The notes: generated by a model not told the origin, from the sequence alone. DNA of 24,902 nt from a virus (IMGVR_UViG_3300032261_000072:1-24902), one strand, 5' to 3'; shown: positions 1 to 7,627, counted from the stretch's first letter. Translations and numbers: made by a program.

Positions 1-78
1 CTTTCATCGCTCGCAGGCGAGGGCATCCTCAAGCGCGTCAGCGTGTACGTCCTGGCCGAAGAGGAGCCGCAACCATGA
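1..78 (+). CDS. 3' end of upstream ORF (possibly winged-helix protein)
   Basis: Frame 1 reads LSSLAGEGILKRVSVYVLAEEEPQP*; its TGA overlaps the next ATG (ATGA 75-78). Confidence 0.55.
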   Translation, partial: LSSLAGEGILKRVSVYVLAEEEPQP

Positions 79-824
79 CCGAAGCCCCGACCCTGGACGA
101 GCGCTACATCTGCGCGATGAAGTCGATCCACCTCGAGGTCGTGCCCCACAAGCGCGGCGACGTCGACTTCGTCATGGCCGCCGGCGCTGCGCGCCGCCGG
201 GTGTCCGACCGCCGCGGCGACGACGTCGCTGGCCAGCTCGTCCGACTCCAGCAGGAGTTCGACCAGGCGCGCAGCGAAGTGCACCTCGTCGAGCGCAACC
301 ACCAGCGCACGCAGGAACAGGCCAAGGTGGTCGCCAAGCGCGGCGGGAAGGCTACGGCCGCACAGATGCGCGATGGCGCCTACCGCGATGCCCTCATGGC
401 CCGCGCGCACATCCTGCTCAAGCTCCCCTCCCGGGCGGCGACGAAGGAAGCCTTCGGCCGCTGGGCGCGCGAGCAGGCGCTCAAGGTCAACTTCATGGCG
501 CCGGGCCCCGTCCCCATCGAACGCGCGCCGCTGAAGGTGTGGGCCGAGAAGGTGCGCCGCCGCGAGGAGATCATCCGCGCGATCGCCGGCCGCGTCCTGG
601 ACATCATCCTCGATCCGCTCTGCCTGCACTGCAACGGGCTCGGATTCACCGGCGGCTACGACGGCAAGCCCCAGACGTTCATCTGCAAGCACTGCGTCGG
701 CGGACGACGCACGGCGGGCGCGGAAGAGCGCGAGAGCGAGGCCTTCGCCCGCCATCTGCACGTCCAGGTCGAGATCATGCTCGGGGCCTACCGCCGCGAG
801 ATGGGCGAACTCTTGTCAAACTGA
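75..824 (+). CDS. Probable late-gene antiterminator (Q-like, C4 zinc finger)
   Basis: RBS GAGGAG at 61-66; CLHCNGLG...CKHCVGG motif like the lambda Q Zn finger; immediately upstream of a promoter-leader-terminator unit preceding late genes. Confidence 0.65.
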   Translation: MTEAPTLDERYICAMKSIHLEVVPHKRGDVDFVMAAGAARRRVSDRRGDDVAGQLVRLQQEFDQARSEVHLVERNHQRTQEQAKVVAKRGGKATAAQMRDGAYRDALMARAHILLKLPSRAATKEAFGRWAREQALKVNFMAPGPVPIERAPLKVWAEKVRRREEIIRAIAGRVLDIILDPLCLHCNGLGFTGGYDGKPQTFICKHCVGGRRTAGAEERESEAFARHLHVQVEIMLGAYRREMGELLSN

Positions 825-841
825 AAGATCGCGTTTAGACT
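813..841 (+). promoter_or_regulatory. sigma70 late promoter (PR'-like)
   Basis: TTGTCA (813-818), 17-bp spacer, TAGACT (836-841); near consensus in GC-rich DNA, at the 3' end of the Q-like gene. Confidence 0.8.
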
Positions 842-847
842 CGCGGT

Positions 848-1010
848 CAGCGTCCGCGTGACGCTCCCCGCTCGGTCGCGGTGCTGCCCTTCCGAGTGAA
901 TTTGACGGCCCCAAGCCTAAGCAGGCTCGACCTGCAGCCATTCGATGGCGGAGCTATGGAGTCGTCGCCCCCACACACAACCCGCCCGGTGCGAGCCGAG
1001 GCGGGTTTTT
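848..1010 (+). ncRNA. Putative ~160-nt terminated late-leader RNA (positional analogue of the lambda PR'-tR' transcript)
   Basis: Bounded by promoter and terminator; hand-found helices 858-867/958-968, 869-875/892-898, 921-925/931-935, 937-941/945-949. Confidence 0.5.
979..1010 (+). terminator. Intrinsic terminator (tR'-like)
   Basis: AACCCGCC...GGCGGGTT stem followed by a T run. Confidence 0.8.
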
Positions 1011-1024
1011 CATTGGAGCCCGCC

Positions 1025-1264
1025 ATGCACTACAGGAACGGCCGCGAGGCCAAGAACGGGGACAAGATCGTCCGACTCGCCGGCGGAAAGATCGAGGCAT
1101 TCGGCTGGCTGGTCGACGCCGTGCCGGGCAACGACTACTGCAACGGCGCCATCGTGGGCAAGGGCGCCCTGGAATACGCGTGCCTCTGCGACTGCCTGCA
1201 TGTGGACGACGTCGCCGAGATCTTGGCCGGCGCCGGCCTCGACAAGCGCCCCGAAGGCAAGTGA
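1025..1264 (+). CDS. Small Cys-rich hypothetical protein (79 aa, MHYRNGREAKNGDKIV...)
   Basis: RBS GGAG 1015-1018 before ATG 1025; GC3-rich codons; YCNG and YACLCDCLH motifs. The ORF-track start at 881 runs through the leader/terminator and is unlikely. Confidence 0.8.
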   Translation: MHYRNGREAKNGDKIVRLAGGKIEAFGWLVDAVPGNDYCNGAIVGKGALEYACLCDCLHVDDVAEILAGAGLDKRPEGK

Positions 1265-1537
1265 CCCATCAACGGCAGGTCTGACCGGGGAGCGTTCGCT
1301 ACCCTGGCCGGCTAAGGGCCTGAACCGGCCGGCCGCCACCCATTCGCTCGGGAGAGCCTTCAGCGCCATCAACGGCTCGGCCTTCGCCACTCAGCGCCCA
1401 GCAGGGACACGGCACCAACACCGAGTCAGGCCCGATGCAGCCGGCGGACATCGCCACGATCACCGGCAGCCAGCGATGCGAGTGAACGAGCGGCCGTACT
1501 CCTTGACGGCGCGCGGCGGGCGCTGGCACGAAACACC

Positions 1538-2164
1538 ATGCGAAATGTGAAGCCTTCCCCCAGACAGCGGCCGATGCCGCCGACGGACTGCTGGAACTTC
1601 ACGCCCGCCAGAGAGGCGAGGGACTGGGTGCAGCGCACCATCCTCGCCGAAGACGGCGCGATCCATAACCCGGATCACGCCCACTTGATCGACGCCGACC
1701 TGGAGTTCCTGTGGGCTCCCCGCGGCTACCAGTCGAAGATGCGCACCGTCATCGGCACCGCCGAAGAGGTCGCCTTCCGGTGCTCCGCATGGCAGCGCGA
1801 ACGCCAGGAGCAGCAGATGCGGGAATGGTTCGGCCGCGTGCCGAAGTTCCTGATCACCCTGGACGCCAGCTACTGCACCCGGTGTGAGGACATTGAGTTC
1901 TGCGCACTGGTCGAGCACGAGCTGTTCCACATCTGCCAAGCACGCGACGTGTTCGGCGCGCCTGCGTTCCTCAAGAGCGGGCTGCCCCGGCTGACCATCC
2001 AGGGGCATGACGTCGAAGAGTTTGTTGGGGTTGTCCGTAGGTACGGCACCGGTAGGCCCGACAGCGCGGTGTCCCGCATGGCTGCAACTGCACGGGGTCA
2101 GCCGGAGGTCGGTCGGGTCGAAATCGCTGGGGCCTGCGGGACATGCCTGCTAAGGGCGGCGTAA
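1538..2164 (+). CDS. Putative phage metallopeptidase (HExxH)
   Basis: LVEHELFHI zinc motif and HDVEEFVGVVRRYG motif; typical position upstream of terS; start uncertain (no clear RBS). Confidence 0.85.
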   Translation: MRNVKPSPRQRPMPPTDCWNFTPAREARDWVQRTILAEDGAIHNPDHAHLIDADLEFLWAPRGYQSKMRTVIGTAEEVAFRCSAWQRERQEQQMREWFGRVPKFLITLDASYCTRCEDIEFCALVEHELFHICQARDVFGAPAFLKSGLPRLTIQGHDVEEFVGVVRRYGTGRPDSAVSRMAATARGQPEVGRVEIAGACGTCLLRAA

Positions 2165-2195
2165 CCCCGACCCGGCCCCCACAGAAAGGCCGACC

Positions 2196-2672
2196 ATGGC
2201 CAAGCTCACGGAGCCGCAAAAGCTCTTCATCGTCAAGGCGCTGGCCTGCTACGACACGCCGACGCAAGTGGCGACCGCCGTCAGGGAAGAGTTCGGGATC
2301 GAGGTCGACCGGCGCCAAGTGCAGGAATACGACCCGACCAAGGTCAACGGGCGCGACATCAGCAAGAAGCTCAGGGCGGTCTTCGAGGCGACCCGCAAGG
2401 AGTTCCTGGAGCAGATCGCCGATCTGCCCATCGCGAACCAAGCGTTCCGGCTGCGCACCCTGCAGCGGATGGTCACCAAGGCCGAGAGCCAGGGAAACAT
2501 GGCGCTGGTCGCCCAGCTCCTCGAGCAGGCCGCCAAGGAGGTCGGCGGCGCGCTGACAAACCGTCGCGAGCTCACCGGCAAGGGCGGCGGCCCCATCCAG
2601 TCGGAATCCCGGCGCACGCAGGAACTGTCCGATGACGAGCTGCTCGCAATTGCAGCAGGCGGCGGCCCGTGA
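2196..2672 (+). CDS. terS: Terminase small subunit (DUF2280-like)
   Basis: N-terminal HTH-like FIVKALACYDTPTQVATAVREEFG; LLEQAAKEVGG; ELTGKGGGPI; directly precedes terL. Confidence 0.8.
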   Translation: MAKLTEPQKLFIVKALACYDTPTQVATAVREEFGIEVDRRQVQEYDPTKVNGRDISKKLRAVFEATRKEFLEQIADLPIANQAFRLRTLQRMVTKAESQGNMALVAQLLEQAAKEVGGALTNRRELTGKGGGPIQSESRRTQELSDDELLAIAAGGGP

Positions 2673-4101
2673 ACTTCTGATTCGGCGCCGGGCGCGTGCA
2701 GACGTCCTGGACTACGCCAACGCGATCGACATCCCCGGGGCGCCGACGACGGATGACCCGGACACGGAGTTCTTCAAGCCAGTCGAGACGACGCTGGCTG
2801 CGCACCATCGCCTGTTCCTGACCGCGATCGAGGAGACGAGCCGCACGCGTCATGGCCGGCTCATGATCTTCGCGCCGCCGGGCTCGGCGAAGTCGAGCTA
2901 CGCCTCGGTCGTATTCCCGTCCAAGTACCTGGGGCAGCAGCCGGACCGCCGGCTGATCCTCTCCAGCTACGGCGATGACCTCGCCCGCAAGATGGGCCGG
3001 CGCGTCAGGTCGATCGTCAAGCAGCCGCGCTACCGCGGCATCTTCAACGCGACGCTGACGGCCGAATCGTCGGCGGCGCAAGAGTTCAGCCTGACCAACC
3101 GGTCAGAGTTCATGGCGGCCGGCATCCTCTCGGGGATCACCGGCAACCGTGCCCACGGCATCATCATCGACGACCCGGTCAAGGGTCGCGAGCAGGCGAA
3201 CAGCGACGCGGTCTCCGACAAGACCTGGAACGCGTACAACGACGACCTGAAGACCCGGCTGATCCCCGGCGGTTGGATCGTCCTGATCCAGACACGGTGG
3301 AGCGAGAAGGATCTCGCCGGCCGGATCCTGCCCGAGGGCTGGAATGGGCAGTCGGGCGTGTTCCGCTGCCAGGACGGCCAGGACTGGCGCATTCTGAGCC
3401 TGCAGGCGCGGTGCGAGACCGACACCGATCCGCTGGGCCGCGCGCACGGCGAGTACCTGTGGACGGAGTGGTTCGACCGCAAGCACTGGGCGCAGTTCGA
3501 GAACCTGCCGCGCACCTGGGCCAGCCTGTACCAGCAGATCCCCAGCCCGGGCGACGGCGACCTGTTCCAGCCGGATCAGATCCAGATCGTCGACGCGCTG
3601 CCGGCCGGCGTCACCCGTTGGGTGCGCGGCTGGGATCTGGGCTCGACGGTCGACGGCGACTGGACTCGCGGCGGCCTCATCGGCGCGATGCCGGACGGTC
3701 GCTTCATCATCGCCGACATGGCGAGCGTGCGCGACCTGCCGCATCGGCGGGACTTCGCGATCAAGAACACGGTGCACGGCGACGGGCACCTGGTCGAACA
3801 GAGCCTGCCGCAGGATCCCGGGCAGGCTGGCAAGTCCCAGATCGCCTACATGGTGTCGGAACTGGCCGGATACCGCGTCCATACGTCGACCGAGACCGGC
3901 GACAAGACCACGCGCGCCGAGCCGCTGTCCTCGCAGGTCAATGTCGGCAACGTGCTGATGCTGCGCGGGCCGTGGAACAAGCCGCTGATCGAGGAGATGC
4001 GGATGTTCCCGAACGGCAAGTACGACGACCAGGTCGACGCCCTGGGCCGAGCATTCAACAAGCTGGTCGCTGACAGCGGCCGGCAAACCCTTTTCGGCTG
4101 A
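2632..4101 (+). CDS. terL: Terminase large subunit
   Basis: Walker A-like PPGSAKS, Walker B IIIDDP, QTRW coupling motif, nuclease GWDLG and YDDQVDA. Confidence 0.96.
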   Translation: MTSCSQLQQAAARELLIRRRARADVLDYANAIDIPGAPTTDDPDTEFFKPVETTLAAHHRLFLTAIEETSRTRHGRLMIFAPPGSAKSSYASVVFPSKYLGQQPDRRLILSSYGDDLARKMGRRVRSIVKQPRYRGIFNATLTAESSAAQEFSLTNRSEFMAAGILSGITGNRAHGIIIDDPVKGREQANSDAVSDKTWNAYNDDLKTRLIPGGWIVLIQTRWSEKDLAGRILPEGWNGQSGVFRCQDGQDWRILSLQARCETDTDPLGRAHGEYLWTEWFDRKHWAQFENLPRTWASLYQQIPSPGDGDLFQPDQIQIVDALPAGVTRWVRGWDLGSTVDGDWTRGGLIGAMPDGRFIIADMASVRDLPHRRDFAIKNTVHGDGHLVEQSLPQDPGQAGKSQIAYMVSELAGYRVHTSTETGDKTTRAEPLSSQVNVGNVLMLRGPWNKPLIEEMRMFPNGKYDDQVDALGRAFNKLVADSGRQTLFG

Positions 4102-4103
4102 GC

Positions 4104-5426
4104 ATGGGCCTTCTGTCCGAATTCCGCCTGTGGGCCGCGCGTCGCCGCTACCAGCCGGAACGCGAGTCCATGGCCTACCCCAAGCTCATCAGCTTGATGG
4201 GGCAGAACCGCACGCTGGGCACGCCCAAGCCGACGCCGACGAACCTGCGGTACTTCTCGCGCACGGTTTACGCCCGCCGGGCGATCAACACGATCAAGAA
4301 CCCGGTCGCTTCGCTGCAGTGGGAAGTCGTTCCCGACGGCGTCAAGGGCCGGGCGGTCGAAGCGCAGGCCGAGACGGTCGCGATGTGCCTGGAGCGACCG
4401 AACCAGGCCGATCACTTCCGCTCGCTGATCGAGCAGCTTGTCGAGGACGCGCTGGTCACGGGCGCCGGCGTGCTCGAGCATGCGCTGAGTCCCGACAAGG
4501 CGCGGCCACTGTGGCTCTGGCCCATTGACGCGACGACGATCCGCCCGGTGGTCAAGTGGGACGGCAATCCGAAGTCGATCCGCTTCATCCAGGGTCTGGG
4601 CTACACCGGCGGCTCGATCCTATCGGACGTCAACGCCAAGCAGCTGGCGGCCGAAGACATCCTCTACATGAGGCTGAACCCCTCCAGCGAGACGCCGTAC
4701 GGCTACGGCCCGCTGGAGATCGCGTACGACGCCATCTCGTGGAAGCTGGGCGTCGGGCGCTACGCGGCGAACGCGGCCAGCAACGCCCAGCCGCAGAACA
4801 TGATCTACGCCGGCGAAGGGCTGACCGAGCAGCAGATGCTCACCTTCCGGGCGTACTGGCGCAATGAGGTCGAAGGGCAGGGCCAGACGCCGCTGCTGTC
4901 CGGCCCGGTCAAGCCCGAGGCGATCCGCCTGCACGCCGGTACCGACGACGCGCTCTACCTCGACTGGCAGGAGTTCCTGATCCGCGAGATCGCGACTGCC
5001 TTCGACCTGAGCCCGCAGAACTTCGGCGTCGAGCGCGACGTCAACCGCAACACCAGCGAGGTCGCCGAGGATCGCGACTGGGACATGGCCATCAAGCCGA
5101 TGGCCCGCCTGATCGAGGCGCACATCACGCGCGACGTGATCCATGACCGCTTGGGCATGACGAACCTGAAGTTCCAGTTCGTCGGTCTCGATCGCGAGGA
5201 CGAGGAAGCGACCTCGAAGATCCTCAAGACCTACTACGAGTGCAACTCCGTGACGCCCGACGAGATCCGCGAGCGACTGGGGATGCCTCCGCTGAAATCC
5301 TTCTGGGCGGACAAGACCTACGCCGACGTGCAAGTCGCCATCAAGGCCGCGCAAGGTGCCAAGCAGGTGGATGACCCAGAGATTGCCCCTGCTGCCCCTC
5401 CCACCCCTCCCACTGGAGCGAACTGA
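4104..5426 (+). CDS. Portal protein
   Basis: Follows terL; LERPN, YGYGPLE, REIATAFDLSP, TPDEIRERLGMPP motifs; 440 aa. Confidence 0.93.
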   Translation: MGLLSEFRLWAARRRYQPERESMAYPKLISLMGQNRTLGTPKPTPTNLRYFSRTVYARRAINTIKNPVASLQWEVVPDGVKGRAVEAQAETVAMCLERPNQADHFRSLIEQLVEDALVTGAGVLEHALSPDKARPLWLWPIDATTIRPVVKWDGNPKSIRFIQGLGYTGGSILSDVNAKQLAAEDILYMRLNPSSETPYGYGPLEIAYDAISWKLGVGRYAANAASNAQPQNMIYAGEGLTEQQMLTFRAYWRNEVEGQGQTPLLSGPVKPEAIRLHAGTDDALYLDWQEFLIREIATAFDLSPQNFGVERDVNRNTSEVAEDRDWDMAIKPMARLIEAHITRDVIHDRLGMTNLKFQFVGLDREDEEATSKILKTYYECNSVTPDEIRERLGMPPLKSFWADKTYADVQVAIKAAQGAKQVDDPEIAPAAPPTPPTGAN

Positions 5427-5428
5427 CC

Positions 5429-5740
5429 ATGAGCATCGAACACCACACCCTCGAGGTGCCGGATGGCTTCACGCCGAGCCGCACCGACCGCACGATCCTG
5501 GGCGTCCTGGAGGGCGTCGCAAACGGCTCGGGCGCCAACGGCGCGACCGTGTCTGTCGCGGTCTCGCTGCCCGCGGGAGCGAACCTGCCGGCGAACTTCG
5601 CCGTCCTGGTGAACCCGGGCCAGGGCGTCGGCTGGTACGTCAACAACAAGACGTCCAGCGGCTTCACGGTCAACCTCGTTCCGTTCGCGGGCACCGTCGC
5701 GGTGGCGGCCGGCTCGTTCGACTGCGTGCTGGTGGCCTGA
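5429..5740 (+). CDS. Small beta-rich hypothetical virion protein
   Basis: RBS GGAG; GC3-rich; alternating beta pattern (FAVLVNP, WYVNNKTSSGFTVNL). Confidence 0.75.
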   Translation: MSIEHHTLEVPDGFTPSRTDRTILGVLEGVANGSGANGATVSVAVSLPAGANLPANFAVLVNPGQGVGWYVNNKTSSGFTVNLVPFAGTVAVAAGSFDCVLVA

Positions 5741-5741
5741 C

Positions 5742-6020
5742 ATGGCACGCGGCAAGCAATCGCCCGCGAACGCGGAAGGCGTCGGCCAGGTGGACGGCTC
5801 GCAGTTCGATGGTGATGCCACCGTCGACGGCGAACTGGCGCAGTCGCTGTCCGACCTCATCGCGCAGGCCTCGGCCATCGCGAAGACGCCCCAGGAATCC
5901 GCCGCGCTGCACGCACTGACCGCGTCCCTGACGGATCTGAAGCGCCGCGCCGATACCGTCGCCGAGCATCTTGCCGCCGATGACTTCGCGCCGCTGATGG
6001 CTCAGCTCAAGGCCCTCTGA
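5742..6020 (+). CDS. Hypothetical helical protein
   Basis: Starts 1 nt after previous stop; GC3-rich; amphipathic helices. Confidence 0.75.
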   Translation: MARGKQSPANAEGVGQVDGSQFDGDATVDGELAQSLSDLIAQASAIAKTPQESAALHALTASLTDLKRRADTVAEHLAADDFAPLMAQLKAL

Positions 6021-6031
6021 AGGAGATCGAC

Positions 6032-6238
6032 ATGACCGGTCAAGCCACCCTCACCACCGAGCGTGTTGCCCAGGAACTGCAGCACACCGTGGCCTCCACC
6101 AAGCTCGCCGCCGCGATCGCTGACGTCGAACTCCGGGCCGCCGAGCTGAAGCTGGCCATCACCCGCTTGCAGGCGGTGACCGGCACCACGACGACCAACG
6201 CCGATGCGGTCATCAACGCACTGAAGGCGCAGCTCTGA
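6032..6238 (+). CDS. Hypothetical coiled-coil protein
   Basis: Strong RBS AAGGAG; heptad-like pattern; fills gap before protease gene. Confidence 0.75.
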   Translation: MTGQATLTTERVAQELQHTVASTKLAAAIADVELRAAELKLAITRLQAVTGTTTTNADAVINALKAQL

Positions 6239-6240
6239 TC

Positions 6241-7608
6241 ATGGCGCTGAACAAAGAGGCACGCGACGCGCTGCCGGCATCCGATTTCGGGGTGCCGGGC
6301 AAGCGCGCGCTGCCGATCCACGATGAGACGCACGTCCGCATGGCGTGGCAGATGCTCGACCACACCAAGGGTCTGAGCGATGCCGAGCGCGCCGAGGGCA
6401 AGCGCCGGATCCTGGAGCGCGCCAAGGCGCTGGGCATCGACACGTCCAACTGGGAGGCACACCAGTCCGCCCGGATGGACATGCAGCCCACCACCGAGGC
6501 CGACGGCGGCCTCAAGGCGATGCATTTCGAGGCGATGGCCCTCGAAGTCCCCGACGTACCGAACCACCCGAACCGCGTGCCGTTCTCCGGCATCCTGACC
6601 CGGGTGGACGAGCCCAGTGACAACCCCGTGGGCGGCGCGCAGGGCAAGAAGGTGCTGATCCCCAAGGCCGTGGCCGAAGCCGCGCTGGCTTCGCTGCTCG
6701 GCATGGGCGTCGACTACCAACCCGATCTATCCGGGCACAACCCGCAGAAGAAGATCGGCGTGATCACGGCCGCCACCATCGAAGGTGATGGCGTGCACAT
6801 CGAAGGTTTCCTGTACGGCGCGGACTTTCCGGCCGTGGTGGCTGAGATTCAGTCGAAGAAGGCGCTCCTGGGCTTCTCTTACGAAGCGCAAGCGGCCGTC
6901 GCCGACTGGAACAGCAACCCGGTCGAGGTGACGAGCTGTGTATTCACCGGCGCTGCGATCCTGCTCAAGGACAAGGCCGCCTACACCACTACCTCACTCG
7001 AGGCGTCCGCCGCCTCATCGGAGATCAACATGACCCCGGAAGAACTGCAAGCCATCCTCGCGGCCGCGCTCAAGCCCATCGTCGAGGACATCACCGCTCT
7101 CAAGGCCAGCGCCGGCAACCTCGAAGCCGCCAACGTGCTGCACAAGGTCAAGACGCACGCTGACGCCCTGCGGGGCGCTGCCGACGGCATGGAAGCGGCC
7201 GGCATGGGCGGCCACGAGCGCAGCGGCCATGTCGCCGTCCTGCGCCGCATGGCCGACAAGATGGAGGCCGAGGCCGTCCTCGGCAAGCTGCCGCACGTCT
7301 GGCGCGATCACGACTGGTTGGAGGCTGCCGCGGGCGCCGCTGCCACCGGTGGCGCCGCGGACGCGGGCACCGAGCGCATCGCCGCGCTCGAAGCCGAGAT
7401 CAAGGATCTGAAGGCCCGCGGCTTCGCCGCCTCGGCCGCGCCCACCAAGCCGACCGACACGGCCCCGGCCGCCAAGCCGGACCTGCAGGCCGCCGCCGCG
7501 GCCGGTGACGCCATCGGCAAGCGCGACGCCGAGCTCAAGGCCTCCGGCGCCTCGACCGTGGCGCGCCTGGCCGCGATCACCGAAGCCCGGATGACCAAGG
7601 CCGCCTGA
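6241..7608 (+). CDS. Prohead protease-scaffold fusion with N-terminal DUF6582-like domain
   Basis: N-term RDALPASDFGVPGKRALPIHDETHVRMA; protease-like SGHNPQKKIGVI and LGFSYE; Ala-rich helical C-terminus; directly upstream of capsid. Confidence 0.8.
   Translation: MALNKEARDALPASDFGVPGKRALPIHDETHVRMAWQMLDHTKGLSDAERAEGKRRILERAKALGIDTSNWEAHQSARMDMQPTTEADGGLKAMHFEAMALEVPDVPNHPNRVPFSGILTRVDEPSDNPVGGAQGKKVLIPKAVAEAALASLLGMGVDYQPDLSGHNPQKKIGVITAATIEGDGVHIEGFLYGADFPAVVAEIQSKKALLGFSYEAQAAVADWNSNPVEVTSCVFTGAAILLKDKAAYTTTSLEASAASSEINMTPEELQAILAAALKPIVEDITALKASAGNLEAANVLHKVKTHADALRGAADGMEAAGMGGHERSGHVAVLRRMADKMEAEAVLGKLPHVWRDHDWLEAAAGAAATGGAADAGTERIAALEAEIKDLKARGFAASAAPTKPTDTAPAAKPDLQAAAAAGDAIGKRDAELKASGASTVARLAAITEARMTKAA
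7030..7608 (+). CDS. Putative nested in-frame scaffold protein (192 aa)
   Basis: GGAG at 7020-7023, 6 nt before in-frame ATG 7030 (MTPEELQAIL) at the protease/helical boundary. Confidence 0.6.
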   Translation: MTPEELQAILAAALKPIVEDITALKASAGNLEAANVLHKVKTHADALRGAADGMEAAGMGGHERSGHVAVLRRMADKMEAEAVLGKLPHVWRDHDWLEAAAGAAATGGAADAGTERIAALEAEIKDLKARGFAASAAPTKPTDTAPAAKPDLQAAAAAGDAIGKRDAELKASGASTVARLAAITEARMTKAA

Positions 7609-7627
7609 TCCATCCCCAATCTCAGCG

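Noticed and set aside
902-907. TTGACG -35-like hexamers at 902 and 1503
   Set aside because: No -10 element at 16-18 bp spacing
841-1537. tRNA genes or known ribozymes/riboswitches after the late promoter
   Set aside because: TTCG(A) loops present but no cloverleaf with proper T-arm and acceptor stem; no hammerhead CUGANGA core or HDV/twister/pistol topology found by eye
945-1550. 201-aa + ORF and the 881-start extension
   Set aside because: Cross the terminator; low-complexity P/R/A/S sequence; a better start with RBS exists at 1025
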